This document shows, in pieces, positions 11,796 to 23,190 of a DNA stretch of 64,000 nt (positions are counted from its first letter, which is position 1; every line of letters begins with the position of its first letter). Under the pieces are notes generated by a model. It was not told the origin of the DNA. It did no database searches and saw nothing but the letters and a program-made list of their open reading frames with translations. The translations under genes were made by a program, and so were the position numbers. This stretch comes from Euprymna scolopes (taxonomy: Eukaryota). The stretch lies in assembly GCA_053919585.1 (NCBI GenBank), contig CM132814.1; one strand, 5' to 3'.

Positions 11796-13099
11796 TATAT
11801 ATATATATATATATATATAATTTGAATGGAAATATTTCTAAATTGCTATTAAATTTAGACTGTCGATAACAGAAAATATTCAAATTACGAGGTGACTGAC
11901 TACCGCTTGCTAGATTCATGAGTCGGAAATTGTAGCAAAAAGGAGGAAGAACCAATCTGGTAGCAAGTAAATTTATATTTTTTTTATATTGGCATTTTAC
12001 TTTACTTTATAGATTACGATATATATCAATTGTTTAAACGAATGTTGGTGGTAGCGGTAATTACCCGTAATTCATGAATAAACATCTAACATAAATATCT
12101 AATAGGATATATTGTATATACATGTCAAGACATTGTTTGAATGGCCATATCTGTTCAACGTACGTCCTGAAGTGGAGATTTCACGTATAATTGTATATTA
12201 ACATATTAGCGGGACCCGTGGGAAATGTACGGAATAATAAAAATATTTAATCAAAAAATAGATTTTGATAAAACTGATATATTTATGGATACCGTAAAAA
12301 TGAGTTTTTCTGGCAGAAAATACAAAGAATATGCTGCAAACCTGAGGTTGCTCAAATTTCTATGAAAATAGTGTTCATCGTATTTTTACGTTGAAGTTTC
12401 TTAAATTGGCATAAATTAATAAGTGCTAATACTAAGAAAGTAACATTGTACATATAAGAAAATCTCAATTGAAAGGAAATGTTTAATTTACCCCTTTATT
12501 TTGCATTGTTTCAGTTAATATTCTTCCCTGACGTAAGGCCTTCCGTAAGTGTTGGGGGGTTGGCTGGGAAAATACAATTTTTTCTATTCTAATCGCTTTG
12601 AAGAAGCGTGATCCCCAAAGAAAAATAGGAAAAACAGAATATTGTAGCAACATTTCGGCTCGACTCGATTAATTCTATGTAAGTGTTTGAGAATTTCTTT
12701 AATGTTTTCTCTTGGAAAATATATCTATATCAAGTTGCCAATTTCCAAAAAAGAACATACATCTGCCCTCGCGCGTAAACAAATTTTACAAGATAATCAT
12801 TTTAATTTCAAGTCCATCATTCGTCAGTTTTTTCTTTGTTTCTTATTATATTGTTCTATTTTTTTATTGTAGCACAATGGGTGAAAACACTTTCGAGGGA
12901 GTCATGAGTTCCCATCACGTTTGGTCTTTTACAAAACAAGGCATCTCAGTGATTGCAAAAATTTAAATATGTACACTCTTGCTACATGGAGTGTTAAGCG
13001 GTAGTTTTCAAAATTAGGGGCTTGGTGAAAGGTCGGTCTTACGTGATGGCATCGTGATTTGGAAATAAAATGCTTTTTAACGTAAGTCAGAGTGATTTA

Positions 13100-13325
13100 G
13101 TCTTTACTTGACGGTTTATGCATATGAGCTAAGTTAATCGACTTGCTACAACTGAAAGTGCTCCAAAAAAAAGAAACAATTTCCTTAAAAGGCTGACAGA
13201 ATCATTTACTATAATAATGAAATACCTACAGACAGTAATCGTTAACGCTTTCGGAAATCTTCAGTGCACGGTGTCACGATTAACGCCAGCCGAGGGATTC
13301 GAACCCCGGCAACAGAAGCAATGTC
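13100..13325 (-). mobile_element. Same SINE-like repeat, copy 3 (inverted)
   Basis: Minus strand reads ctgttgccggGGTTCGAATCCctcggctggcgttaatcgtgacaccgtgcaCTGAAGAtttccgaaag...tgtaggtattt...cactttcagttg, collinear with copy 1. Confidence 0.7.
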
Positions 13326-13333
13326 TAAATCAT

Positions 13334-13404
<71 letters not shown>

Positions 13405-13560
13405 CACATATAAAGTGTGTGTGCGTGTGGTTGTGTGCGTGTTTAAATATGTGAAAATATAAGACTCATATTTAAAACTCATACTAATGCATATGCACAC
13501 ATATCTATAGAAAATATATTCACACATAGACACACACACACCCACCCACACACACACATA

Positions 13561-13609
<49 letters not shown>

Positions 13610-14161
13610 CAGCATAATGAAATGCAATATATCTACTAGTTTACAAATCCAGTGATTATATATCTTACAAAATATTGTTGGATGTAATATTTTATATGAG
13701 ACTGTTCCAGCTAAATAAACTTGCTCAATATACTAGATAGTACAAATAAATAATAATTTAGGAATTTAAAATTTCTGATTGAAAAAAGTTACATTTCAAA
13801 TATATAAATGTCATTGTATGCTAGACAAAGACTACAGTATATAAAGTATATTTCCTTAACCCATGAGTGTTTGATGTTTATACATCTCCTCGCATGAAAC
13901 ATATTAGCAAATATTATAAAAGTTTTTCGCCTGCTTTGCTAAAGGTAATAAATATCGAAAATTAAGTTTAATGTGTGTAATGTTTTTAAATGATTTTAGC
14001 TACATAGATTAAACGAAATTATATATTGATGCAGCAAAAAAAAAAAGGATATTGAACTTCTAATCGAAAGTGTATGCTAAATCCTGTAATTGAAGCTCTT
14101 GATATTCGACATATAAAATGATCCAACGGGTATTGTAATAAGTCCAAGGAAGCTGGTAACA

Positions 14162-14276
14162 ATTACGACCCCGCAGTACAATATCAGATCATTGTCTCGG
14201 CTGGCATGGTTGATGGAGACATTCAAGTGGGCCCTGAAAAAGTCACACGGCTCGCCGACTGATAGGGCGCTATAAC
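14162..14276. repeat. 115-bp dispersed direct repeat, copy 1
   Basis: 112/115 identical to 15959-16073. Confidence 0.95.
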
Positions 14277-15169
14277 ACATTTCCAGAGTTTTTCTTTAGT
14301 CTGATTGGATATGCGACAAATATTTGATTATATCAATCCGGTTAATTTTTTTTCATTTATCAGTTTCAAAATTCTGTGCAAGTTTTCAATCAATTTTTGT
14401 ATTGTTGTGGAGACGCCTACTAATTAGCATAGGTGGGTGAAAAGATATAGATAAAGGTATCAAGTCAGCAAGACCGGGCAGCTGTGCCCGAACGCCGGAT
14501 AGGCAAGACACATGTGCGGGTTGCTCCATGAAAGACTTTAACACGCCCTCTGTCGGACAATCTTCCAACTGCAGTACAACTTCACCTTTTAAATATGTAT
14601 CATCTTTTCGTCTGAATATATTTGTTTTACCTTTACTTTCTGCATTCGTGTTGTTATTGATACAGACACAACATGTATAGAAACAAAAGATATCCGTAGA
14701 CACACAAACAAAATTAACTTAAAATTACTTCAAATTAAAATAACTAAATAAAAAGAGTTCTTATCAAACAAAAGCAAATAGTCTAAAGGAAACACAAGCA
14801 AACGTCAGCTTTGAACCGTTTTTAGGAAACTGCATGTCTGCTGTAAGTTAATTAAAGGGACCCTTTTTAGGTTTTTAACTTATAAAGGAAGATTGTGAGC
14901 AATGGAGATCCTTAGTTCCTGCTTTTCATTTGTCACGTATTTTACACCCATTTCTGTATCATTTTGCTTTCCTTGTTAATATTTTATTTTGTATATAACA
15001 TTTAAATGCTCTTTACACCCGTTGCATATTGTCAAATATATAGTTTCTCAGTAGTGTAACTAAATAATGATGTTTTTATGGTGATTGATGAAGGATATAT
15101 ATATACTGACGGATGTATAGTATAAATACAGTATTTTGGTGGGAGTAGAATTCCATTAAGGAATTTGCG

Positions 15170-16400
15170 GACCAAGCTTAGTTAACACACGTGACTAATG
15201 GCCGTCCTCTCTCTATCTCCAAATTTTCGCAGATACTTCCACTACAGACCGTTTACTTTGAAGACAGATGATAAACTTTAGTTTGTCGTTAATAGAGAAA
15301 AACAAAGTCTACTTGTATATACCGAACATAGACCTTCACCTTGTGGAACGATACTATTAAACTACGATTTAAAAAATTAGTGTAAAAACTTAGTACGTAC
15401 TTGTTTAATTATACGTCATGTCAACGGGTAATTCAGACTTGTTTTAAAGAAAAACGGAGTATTCGCGGACTCAGTCCTCGCAACATAAAACACTAACTGC
15501 CCAATAAAGAATATGATCGCGCATACTGAAAGAAAATTCCAGTCACCCTTACAGACATGATGGAGTGGTATTAAATGATGAGTGTATCCAGATAATAAAG
15601 AATAAAATCTATAATAAAACCCTTAAACATCCGATAGTTATTCCACATTACAATGATGCCGTTTCATATTACGACAGGGTTTGCAATAAAAAGCTCCTGC
15701 AGGATTCTTGTGTGGGGCATATGGAGAAAAAACTGCACAAAAACTATTAGGGATATTATACTTATCGGCCAAACATGGACAAAGACGAATCTGCAGGTCG
15801 TTTATATAGCCAGTACTATATCATCATCGTTTACAACCACATTCAATAGTCGGAAACCGAAAAACGTAAAAGAATTACGACAAATTGCACGATAATAGTT
15901 TTACATGGAATATTTACACGTTTCGGCGCCGTTCTGCGATACGTGCCAGTTTAATCATATTACGACCCCGCAGTACAATATCAGATCATTGTCCAGGCTG
16001 ACATGGTTGATGGAGACATTCAAGTGGGCCCTGAAAAAGTCACACGGCTCGCCGACTGATAGGGCGCTATAACCGTTTCTGCAAATAAAATAAGGCCAGC
16101 GTTCGATAAACTAATTTACAGCAAGCAAGACTTGAAAAGACTGTCATCCTTCTTTAAAAAGTTACGGCCATGGTGAAAAATGTTATTCCAAAATTTACAA
16201 GAATAAAAATGGAAAATGGGTATGATAAAATAAAACGTTCAAGGAGTAAATTTATATAATCTAATGCTTCGAGAAAATATAAGCAATTATAGATATAAGT
16301 GATATTATATTCGAGAAATTTGATCTCGATGCACTCCAGGATTAAGGTAAGAAGTTCAAACAGGAATAGAACGTTTACGCATTGCTTTTCAATAATTATA
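15170..16400 (+). mobile_element. Old Gypsy/Ty3 pol remnant (RNase H, zinc finger, integrase core)
   Basis: Across frameshifts: FRRYFHYRPFTLKTDDKL (RNase H), GHMEK...PNMDKD (zinc-finger region), EYLHV.APF...LIIL, then ENG and an SNG.ER-like piece after the 115-bp insertion. Confidence 0.7.
15959..16073. repeat. 115-bp dispersed direct repeat, copy 2 (inside the integrase remnant)
   Basis: 112/115 identical to 14162-14276. Confidence 0.95.
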
Positions 16401-16724
16401 TATTTGTTCACTACTTTCATGCTACTATAGAAAATGGTTTCTATGAATACGTTTTAACGCGCAAATGAATCTACATAATCAATATAAAATGTTTTGCTAG
16501 TATATACTGCGTGGAAATAGATTGTGTACATACCTCTACTAGCCTATCTGTAAAATTTTGCACATCGAATGTATCAGGTTGAGAATTTTTTCAAATAGGT
16601 TTTACTTATAATATCTTTACTTCATATATCAAGTTAAAAAGTGTCTGTCGCTCTATCTTATCGTTTAAATTGCAATCGTTTAAAAATATGTTTAGTTTCA
16701 GAAACTACAATATAATATCGACTA

Positions 16725-17270
16725 ACAGGGAAAGTCGTACACATTTTCCTGTTTCACTTACTGCTAGGTCGAAAAGCTGCTGAAACAACTCGCGATATCA
16801 ACGAAGCGTTTGGTCCAGGAAACATTACTGGGGGCAGAACGCAACTGTCGTTTAAGACGTTTCCCGGCGTCGACAAGAGTCTTGAAGATAATGAGCATAG
16901 TAGTCAGCCATCGGATGTTGGCTCCGATCAATTAAAGCCTAAGTCCAAACCAACCCATGCACCACTGTGAGAGAACATAATGAATTAGCCGTAACGTATA
17001 CGCCGATTTCCAACTATTTGAGAGGTTTTGGAAAGACAATAAAAATTTGATAACTTTTCTACAATAAAATGGAATGCCCTTATAACATGTAATCTTCCTT
17101 ATTTTGCACAAGACCAACTCGCTCTCGATTGGGTTAAGACTGGCGATAAAAGAGGGGTTCTTTACCACGACCGCAGAAGCTCATCTCAGGGCTTAGAACA
17201 ATACGAAGTTCACCGACACTTCCGACCGCTAAGATTTCAACAGAAGAAGGCCATGCTGACTGTTTATAGA
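16725..17270 (+). mobile_element. mariner transposase fossil (Hsmar1/cecropia-like), internally deleted
   Basis: LGRKAAETTRDINEAFGPG...SLEDNEHSSQPSDV..DQL and TGDKRGVLYHDRR...QQKKAMLTV match Hsmar1-type MGRKAAETTRNINNAFGPG...SLEDEERSGRP and TCDEKWILYDNRR...HQKKVMVTV. Confidence 0.88.
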
Positions 17271-17639
17271 ATAATAGACAACACGAGACAGAGATTCAAC
17301 AACTTGCAATATTCACAGCTCTCAAATTAGAATGTAATTCGAAAAAGTGGCCGTTGCATTGTATATAATTTAGAACAAATTATAAATGACAACAATAATA
17401 AGTGCTGTATTTTGACACAGTAATATAATAAATATAGGAAGTTAATCGTGCTTTAATCACCGCCCGAGTCGCCGGTAGCATAAGTCCGGGGTCAACTCTC
17501 ATATATTTTTTAAGTCCGATACAGAAAAGAAGCAGAAGAGAAAGTATTATGCATTTTAGTCATTATCTAGATTATGAATCCGTTTGTAGCTGAAAAATAA
17601 ACAATTTTCGCTTATTGTGGAGGATGCTGTGATTGTTTT

Positions 17640-18200
17640 GCTCTACAGTATCTTTGTTCCCGTTTAGTCATTAGATTGTCTATGTTCTTCGAATTGGCTT
17701 GTTCTGTTCCTCCATTCATATAAGTTGTTAGATTAGTCTCCAAAGTTGTTCTGATTTATACTGGCCTCGCGAGAGATTTCCTCAGCTGGTCTTTCTATCT
17801 AAATAGAAGGAGGCCTTTGGGTCTATTTTCTGCATTTATTTGACAAGAGTGCCTGTTTCGGCAGGCTAGTATCCCCCATGCGAGCAACGTCGCCAGACCG
17901 TCTGAGTCGGTGCTTCATGATCATTGACTCAATACCGGTAACGTTTGCTTTCTCGAGGAAAGTTATGTTAGACACCAATCGTCCCACTTAATCCACATAG
18001 TGACCGCAATTTTTCTTCTGGTTGAAATTTTCGAGTTTTTTTTATCACCTTTACTGTAGAGGGTCCATATATTGCACGCGTATATTAGGATGAGAACACT
18101 ATGGCGTTGCATACAATCACTTTTGTCTAGGGGGTAAAGTCCTTGTTCTTGAAGACCCTGGGGGTAGTTTTTAAAAGCGGTGTTGCTTGCCTATAGTCGG
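17640..18200 (-). mobile_element. RTE-clade LINE remnant (post-RT C-terminal region)
   Basis: Minus strand: RVFKNKD...ILIYACNIWTLYSK...KLENFNQ...KWDD.VSN...IESMIMKHRLRRSGDVARMGDTSLPKQAL (consensus LRWxGHVxRMxDxRLPKQ). Confidence 0.82.
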
Positions 18201-18217
18201 TAAGAAGATATTTTACT

Positions 18218-18271
<54 letters not shown>

Positions 18272-18299
18272 ATCCGAACTTATTAAAATTAAATAGGTT

Positions 18300-21000
18300 G
18301 AAAGTACCGGTAGGTAGTAGTCTCAATAAGTGATTACTGTCTATACAAAGGATGATGTTAAACTACTTGTATTAGCATTAAATGATACAGCCTCTCTGCC
18401 AGGAATTGACATGTCTTGTTGCGACATATAAACAAAATTAAAACAATAAAAGAAAAGACTCTTTCTTATAAGTTCCACTGGGACGGAAGATAGCAGTACG
18501 AGAGAAGTCACTTTTTGTGACTAAGTGGTTGAAGGAACAGAACTGTTCCCATTCTGTTGACAAACGCCACCAATAAAACCATTAAAGAAAATCGAGGGAA
18601 ATAGTTAGTTTATGCAAGTCTCGTGATGGGCAAGGAGTACTTAAATTTTAAAAGTTTCCACGACGACGAGAATGATGAAGGAAGGATAAAAGAAGATGTT
18701 GTAGTTTCTTCATCTTATAGGTGCAGGGTCAGACCAATCAAGATGTACAAGCTAATTCAGATAAGGAACTTGACCGAACGTCAGCTGCCCAAATTAAAAA
18801 ATATATTAAAGACCAGCCTCATATAAAGATGAAACTTTGTCAAACTCCAATCCATAAGCGAAAAGTGGTTGAGGAATAAGTAAGGGATAGAACAATCTAA
18901 ATCGCGGTGGAGTTTGTCAAGAGTCATTCTGAATAAAAAAGGTGGTGGGCTTACTACCTCTACTTGGAAAAGACACTTATCTTTCTTCCCTCAATTTGAG
19001 ATCAACATTCTGGCAGGTGGCCCTTGATAATACTGATCTAAATAAGGCCGCATTTGCTTGTCAAACGGGGTATTTCCAATTAAAGGTAATGCTTTTGGAG
19101 TTCTTTAATGCACCTGGGATATTCTTACAATTTATGTCGGTAGCGTTTGAAGGATGAAAACAGTTTCCTGTGACCTATGTGGACGACATTCTGATCTTTT
19201 CATGTAATGTAGACGAACACTTCACACACTTGCAGACTGCATTTGACAGACTAAAGCAACATGGGTTGAATTCGAAATTAAGAAAATGTCAATTCCTAAA
19301 CAAAGAGACCAGGTTGCGTCATTAACCGAAACAGAATAAACCTGATAGTGACGAACTCGAGAAAATCGGGTCTATACTAGAACTAAAAACTGTATGACAG
19401 GTGAGAGGATTTAAAAGTGCTATAAGTCATTACAGAAGATTTATAACTGCATCCCCAAGTATAACACGTCCAATAATAGCTCGCACCAAGAAATATGTTC
19501 GGTTCAAATGGTCAGAGGAGTGTCAACGTTCAATTGATACACTAAAACGGGCATTCCACTATAAAAGTATGTTGGTTTAAGTAAGCCAACACTAGTGTAT
19601 ACAGATGGAACTGACCAATGTGTAGGAGCATGTCTAACGCATCATCCCACAACGTAATATCCCATAAAATGGTTCCGGTACCCAATTTATTTTTGTCACA
19701 ATTGCTAAGTCCCAGAGGACAACGGTCGCCAGTGATAGAAATATAAGCATATGCTATGATATATGCTTTACAAATGTTGGACAATTACTTGAATGGATGC
19801 ACATTTACTATTAAGACGGATCCTAACCCTCTACAATATTTACTAACTGAAGATTTGAAGAACAAAAACTAAAGCAAAGGGCGTTGAGAATCAATGAGTA
19901 CCACTGCAAAATCGAGGATTTGCCCGGGAAAGACAATACTTGGACCGAGCGACTAACACGTATTCCAAATAAATTGAAATTGGAATAAAAAAGAGCTATA
20001 AGTGGACGATAAGGCGTACGAAATAAAAGTTCTAAATTCGCATACATTACAAAGTAGGCTAACCTAATGTGATGCAGATAGGACTTTGAGAAGGATAAGT
20101 TATAAAACTATACATGACCAATGTCTGAAAAAATACGTGTAGTGCAATCCAGACAATTAATCAAAGAAGGCGCCAAGGGCTTGGTCGGCTAAATATATGA
20201 GACAGGATGGTCTATTATATTTCCTGTCCGGTAAGAGTGAGGATATAAGAAAACGTATCTTTTAGAAGATATATATTAAACAAAATATCATGATCATCTA
20301 GGTCACTTGGGAGTATACAAAACCCATGAGCTCATAAGTAAAAATATTATTGGCCAGGGCTATACAGGGGAGTCAACAAATATATAAATCTATGTGAAAC
20401 ATACCAATCAAGAAGTAGAAAAGATAGTGTCTCATCATTACTAGAAAGTGATATCCCATCCTACCCTTTCCAAACGATAAGCATGGATATCCCTGGTCCT
20501 TACAATTAAACATTTTCACAGATTCTTGGTGGATATTTTGTTAAAACTTACTTTAGGGAAAAACAGAGATTGCACGGTAATAAGGCATTGACTGCTGTGA
20601 GTTTTACCCCCCCAATGCTCACCTTAATTCATGCTGTTCAGGCGTGATGAAGTTCTGCCCATCGATATTTTTCTAAGCTTTGAAGGAATTCCATTGGATA
20701 GGACCATCACAAACTATTCCATAAACAACAAACTAAATTTTGCACCCCAAGCTAGAAAGAGAATTGAACGAGCCTAGAAAAAGCGAAATAATAGGAAGAA
20801 CCGACATAGAGTGGAGAAAAAGCTAAATGTAGACGACCCTGTATATTATAAAGTACATGTTAAACATGGTAAACTTGATATAAAGTGGATATCCTATTAC
20901 CGTAGAGTAGAAAAAAAACTGACCGCATCGTTTATTATATGGGACCAACTAAGTGGGACGACAAAAGAGCGACGATTTAAAATTGGCAGAAACAGATGAA
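18300..21000 (+). mobile_element. Gypsy/Ty3 LTR retrotransposon pol remnant (RT, RNase H, integrase)
   Basis: LSSLNLRSTFWQVAL...KAAFAC..GYFQLKVM...NAPGIF, then YVDDILIFS at ~19175, KCQFL, FKWSEECQ, EI*AYAMIYALQMLDNYLNGCTFTIKTDP, HDHLGHLGVYKT...YYWPGL and PFQTISMDIPGP. Domain order RT-RH-IN. Confidence 0.92.
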
Positions 21001-21419
21001 TGAAAACTTACATCTATTAATAAACAAAGCAAGAGAGTTAAAAAATCCAGGTGGGTCGTCCCACCCCAGAGACGGACTCTGATGAGGACGTCCAATTTCA
21101 GCTTATACCCTGTACATAAGAGCTAGCCGAAACTTCAAATCCAGTCGAGAAGGCAGGGGTCCATATGGCCCTTCATTCAGGGGACTGAGAAACAGATGAT
21201 AAGATTCCTTTATCAGCATTCAAAAAAGTAAAGCAGGAACATATTGACCAATCTGAGGTACCATTAAATGACAGAGTCAGGTGTTCTATTAAAAAAGTAA
21301 GGGGTTGAACTACCAGAAGCAGTCGGCTTACCAAGTGCTAGTAGGTTTAGTAAATATTATTACGAAATGTCCATGTAATAAAACAACTTAGTAAAACAGG
21401 CCCATCTTTTATCTCTCCA

Positions 21420-21918
21420 CAGATATGGATGGAGGAAAACTGTTGATAGCATCGATAATGTTTGTGGTAGGTTGGGGCCTGGAAACGTAGCCAAAACACT
21501 ATATTCCATAAAATTAATGAAGTGACGATTCACGTGCAAAATGGTTAATAGCGTAAACAATAGATTTTTAAACATACAATGCACTGCATCCTCATATGGA
21601 ATCCGAATTAGAAGAAACCACTGTTGCAGTAAGGAAATTCAAAAAACCCTGCGTGAGTTGATATAACAAGGATTGCTCAAATTTATGGTGATTTCTATTA
21701 CATGAGATGGGATTAAATGTTACTGGAGAAACATAGAAAAAGATATCAAGGGAATGAGATTGCTTAAAAGTAAAACTAAGAGGTCACTACCCCATATAAT
21801 AGAGAAGGCATTGAATGTATTCCTCGGAACCGGAAAGAGGAGGCATTTTAAATTATTAGAGATGAGTTAGCTATTTTTTAAAGGGATAAATTAACTTTCG
21901 TTCATGCAAAAGAAAAAA

Positions 21919-21992
<74 letters not shown>

Positions 21993-22700
21993 ATATATAT
22001 GTAGATAGTACACAAAACCTTTGCATTGTTGAATTTTTCAGAGAGTGCAAAGGAGGAATATGAAGAAGATGTCAAGTAGAAATCTAACCAAGTATCAAGC
22101 TAACACAAGCTGTTGTTTTAGCTGATGAAATAAGACAGTGGCCACGACATCCAAATTACAACTGACACAGGAATACAGGGAGAAATCAAAAACGCTCGAT
22201 GTTTTACCTTCAATGAACACTCTAGAAACTCTAATGAGCTGTACAGCATAAGGGGATACTATTATACCCTCACCATACTACTAAGTAAAAGAATCATTTG
22301 AGATAAGAGATACTATTTTGCGGTTAGCAAATATCTCGGTTAAAATATGGGTAAAATTATAGGAACCTTTAACACTAAATCTTCCCCAATCACATAGAAT
22401 ATATTCCTAAATTAATGGGGCCGTTAAAACAAGTCAAGTTAGATGAACCCGCTAACAAGTAAAAGGAATAAGAAAGAGGACCCCCCCCCCCGGAAATATA
22501 AAAATCAATTTTCAGATGGTTTCAGCAATTCTAATAAGTATGATAATAACTGCCATGATAACAGGTTTCATTGCATGTATTTGTATAAGGAAAATTAAAA
22601 GAGAAAAACCGGAAATGTTGCAAAAGGGCTGGAAGAAAGAAGAAAAAAGATATAGCTACACAACCACATCAAGAAAATGCAAAAGAAGAATCTGACGTGG
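21420..22700 (+). pseudogene. env-like (class I fusion, baculovirus-F/errantivirus-type) remnant of the Gypsy element
   Basis: Signal-like LIASIMFVVGWG, then IFHKINEVT..RAKWLIA. Furin-like site plus fusion peptide SKTKR/SLPHIIEKALNVFLGT (21769-21831), then a heptad-like segment. TM plus basic tail ISMIITAMITGFIACICIRKIKREK (~22535-22610). Confidence 0.7.
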
Positions 22701-22789
22701 CGTCAAGTAACTTGCACCAGACAGAAACTGCATTAGAAGAACCCCTGCGCTTATCAAAAAAAAAGTTGCATGCCTGATAAAAACACTAC

Positions 22790-23190
22790 AATCACCTACT
22801 AGACATTGAATAAAAAGAGATGTTTTGCTTTATTATTAACCTAGTTTCATTGAAAAAAAAGAAAATAAATAACCAAATATATATGTTCGCATGACCACAA
22901 ATAACCAAAAACAAAACAAACAAAATCCAAAAAATGAAAAATTCACTCACTATATACTTGAAAAAAACAAAGAGATTTCTTGCACCACTATAAGCACACT
23001 TTCATGCTCTGAAAATATAGGTGGCAAGGCATATTGGATCTTACCCCCCACCTACTAGACATTAAAAAAATGTTTTCGCATCACTAATAACATAGTTTAA
23101 GAGTTTTTTTTTAATGTAACCATGTATGTATGTATACATAAATAATTGACTAAATCATAACGATCATCTACTAGACATTGAAAAAAGAGA
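22790..23190 (+). repeat. Three degenerate direct repeats beginning caYctactagacatt
   Basis: Motif at ~22794, ~23049 and ~23166, each followed by an A-rich run. The first two continue with atgtttt...taac.tagttt. Confidence 0.65.

Noticed and set aside
13270-13325. Functional tRNA gene
   Set aside because: Only a T-arm/B box is present with no complete cloverleaf; it belongs to the SINE-like repeat.
14226-14246. Histone 3' stem-loop-like ttttcagggcc on the minus strand
   Set aside because: The 5' arm does not pair and there is no histone ORF.
14162-16073. The 115-bp repeats as a DGR template/variable pair, or as the LTRs of a TRIM
   Set aside because: Only 2 of the 3 mismatches involve A, and there is no intact RT or target ORF. 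Integrase-like remnants continue on both sides of copy 2, and there is no flanking TSD, PBS or PPT.
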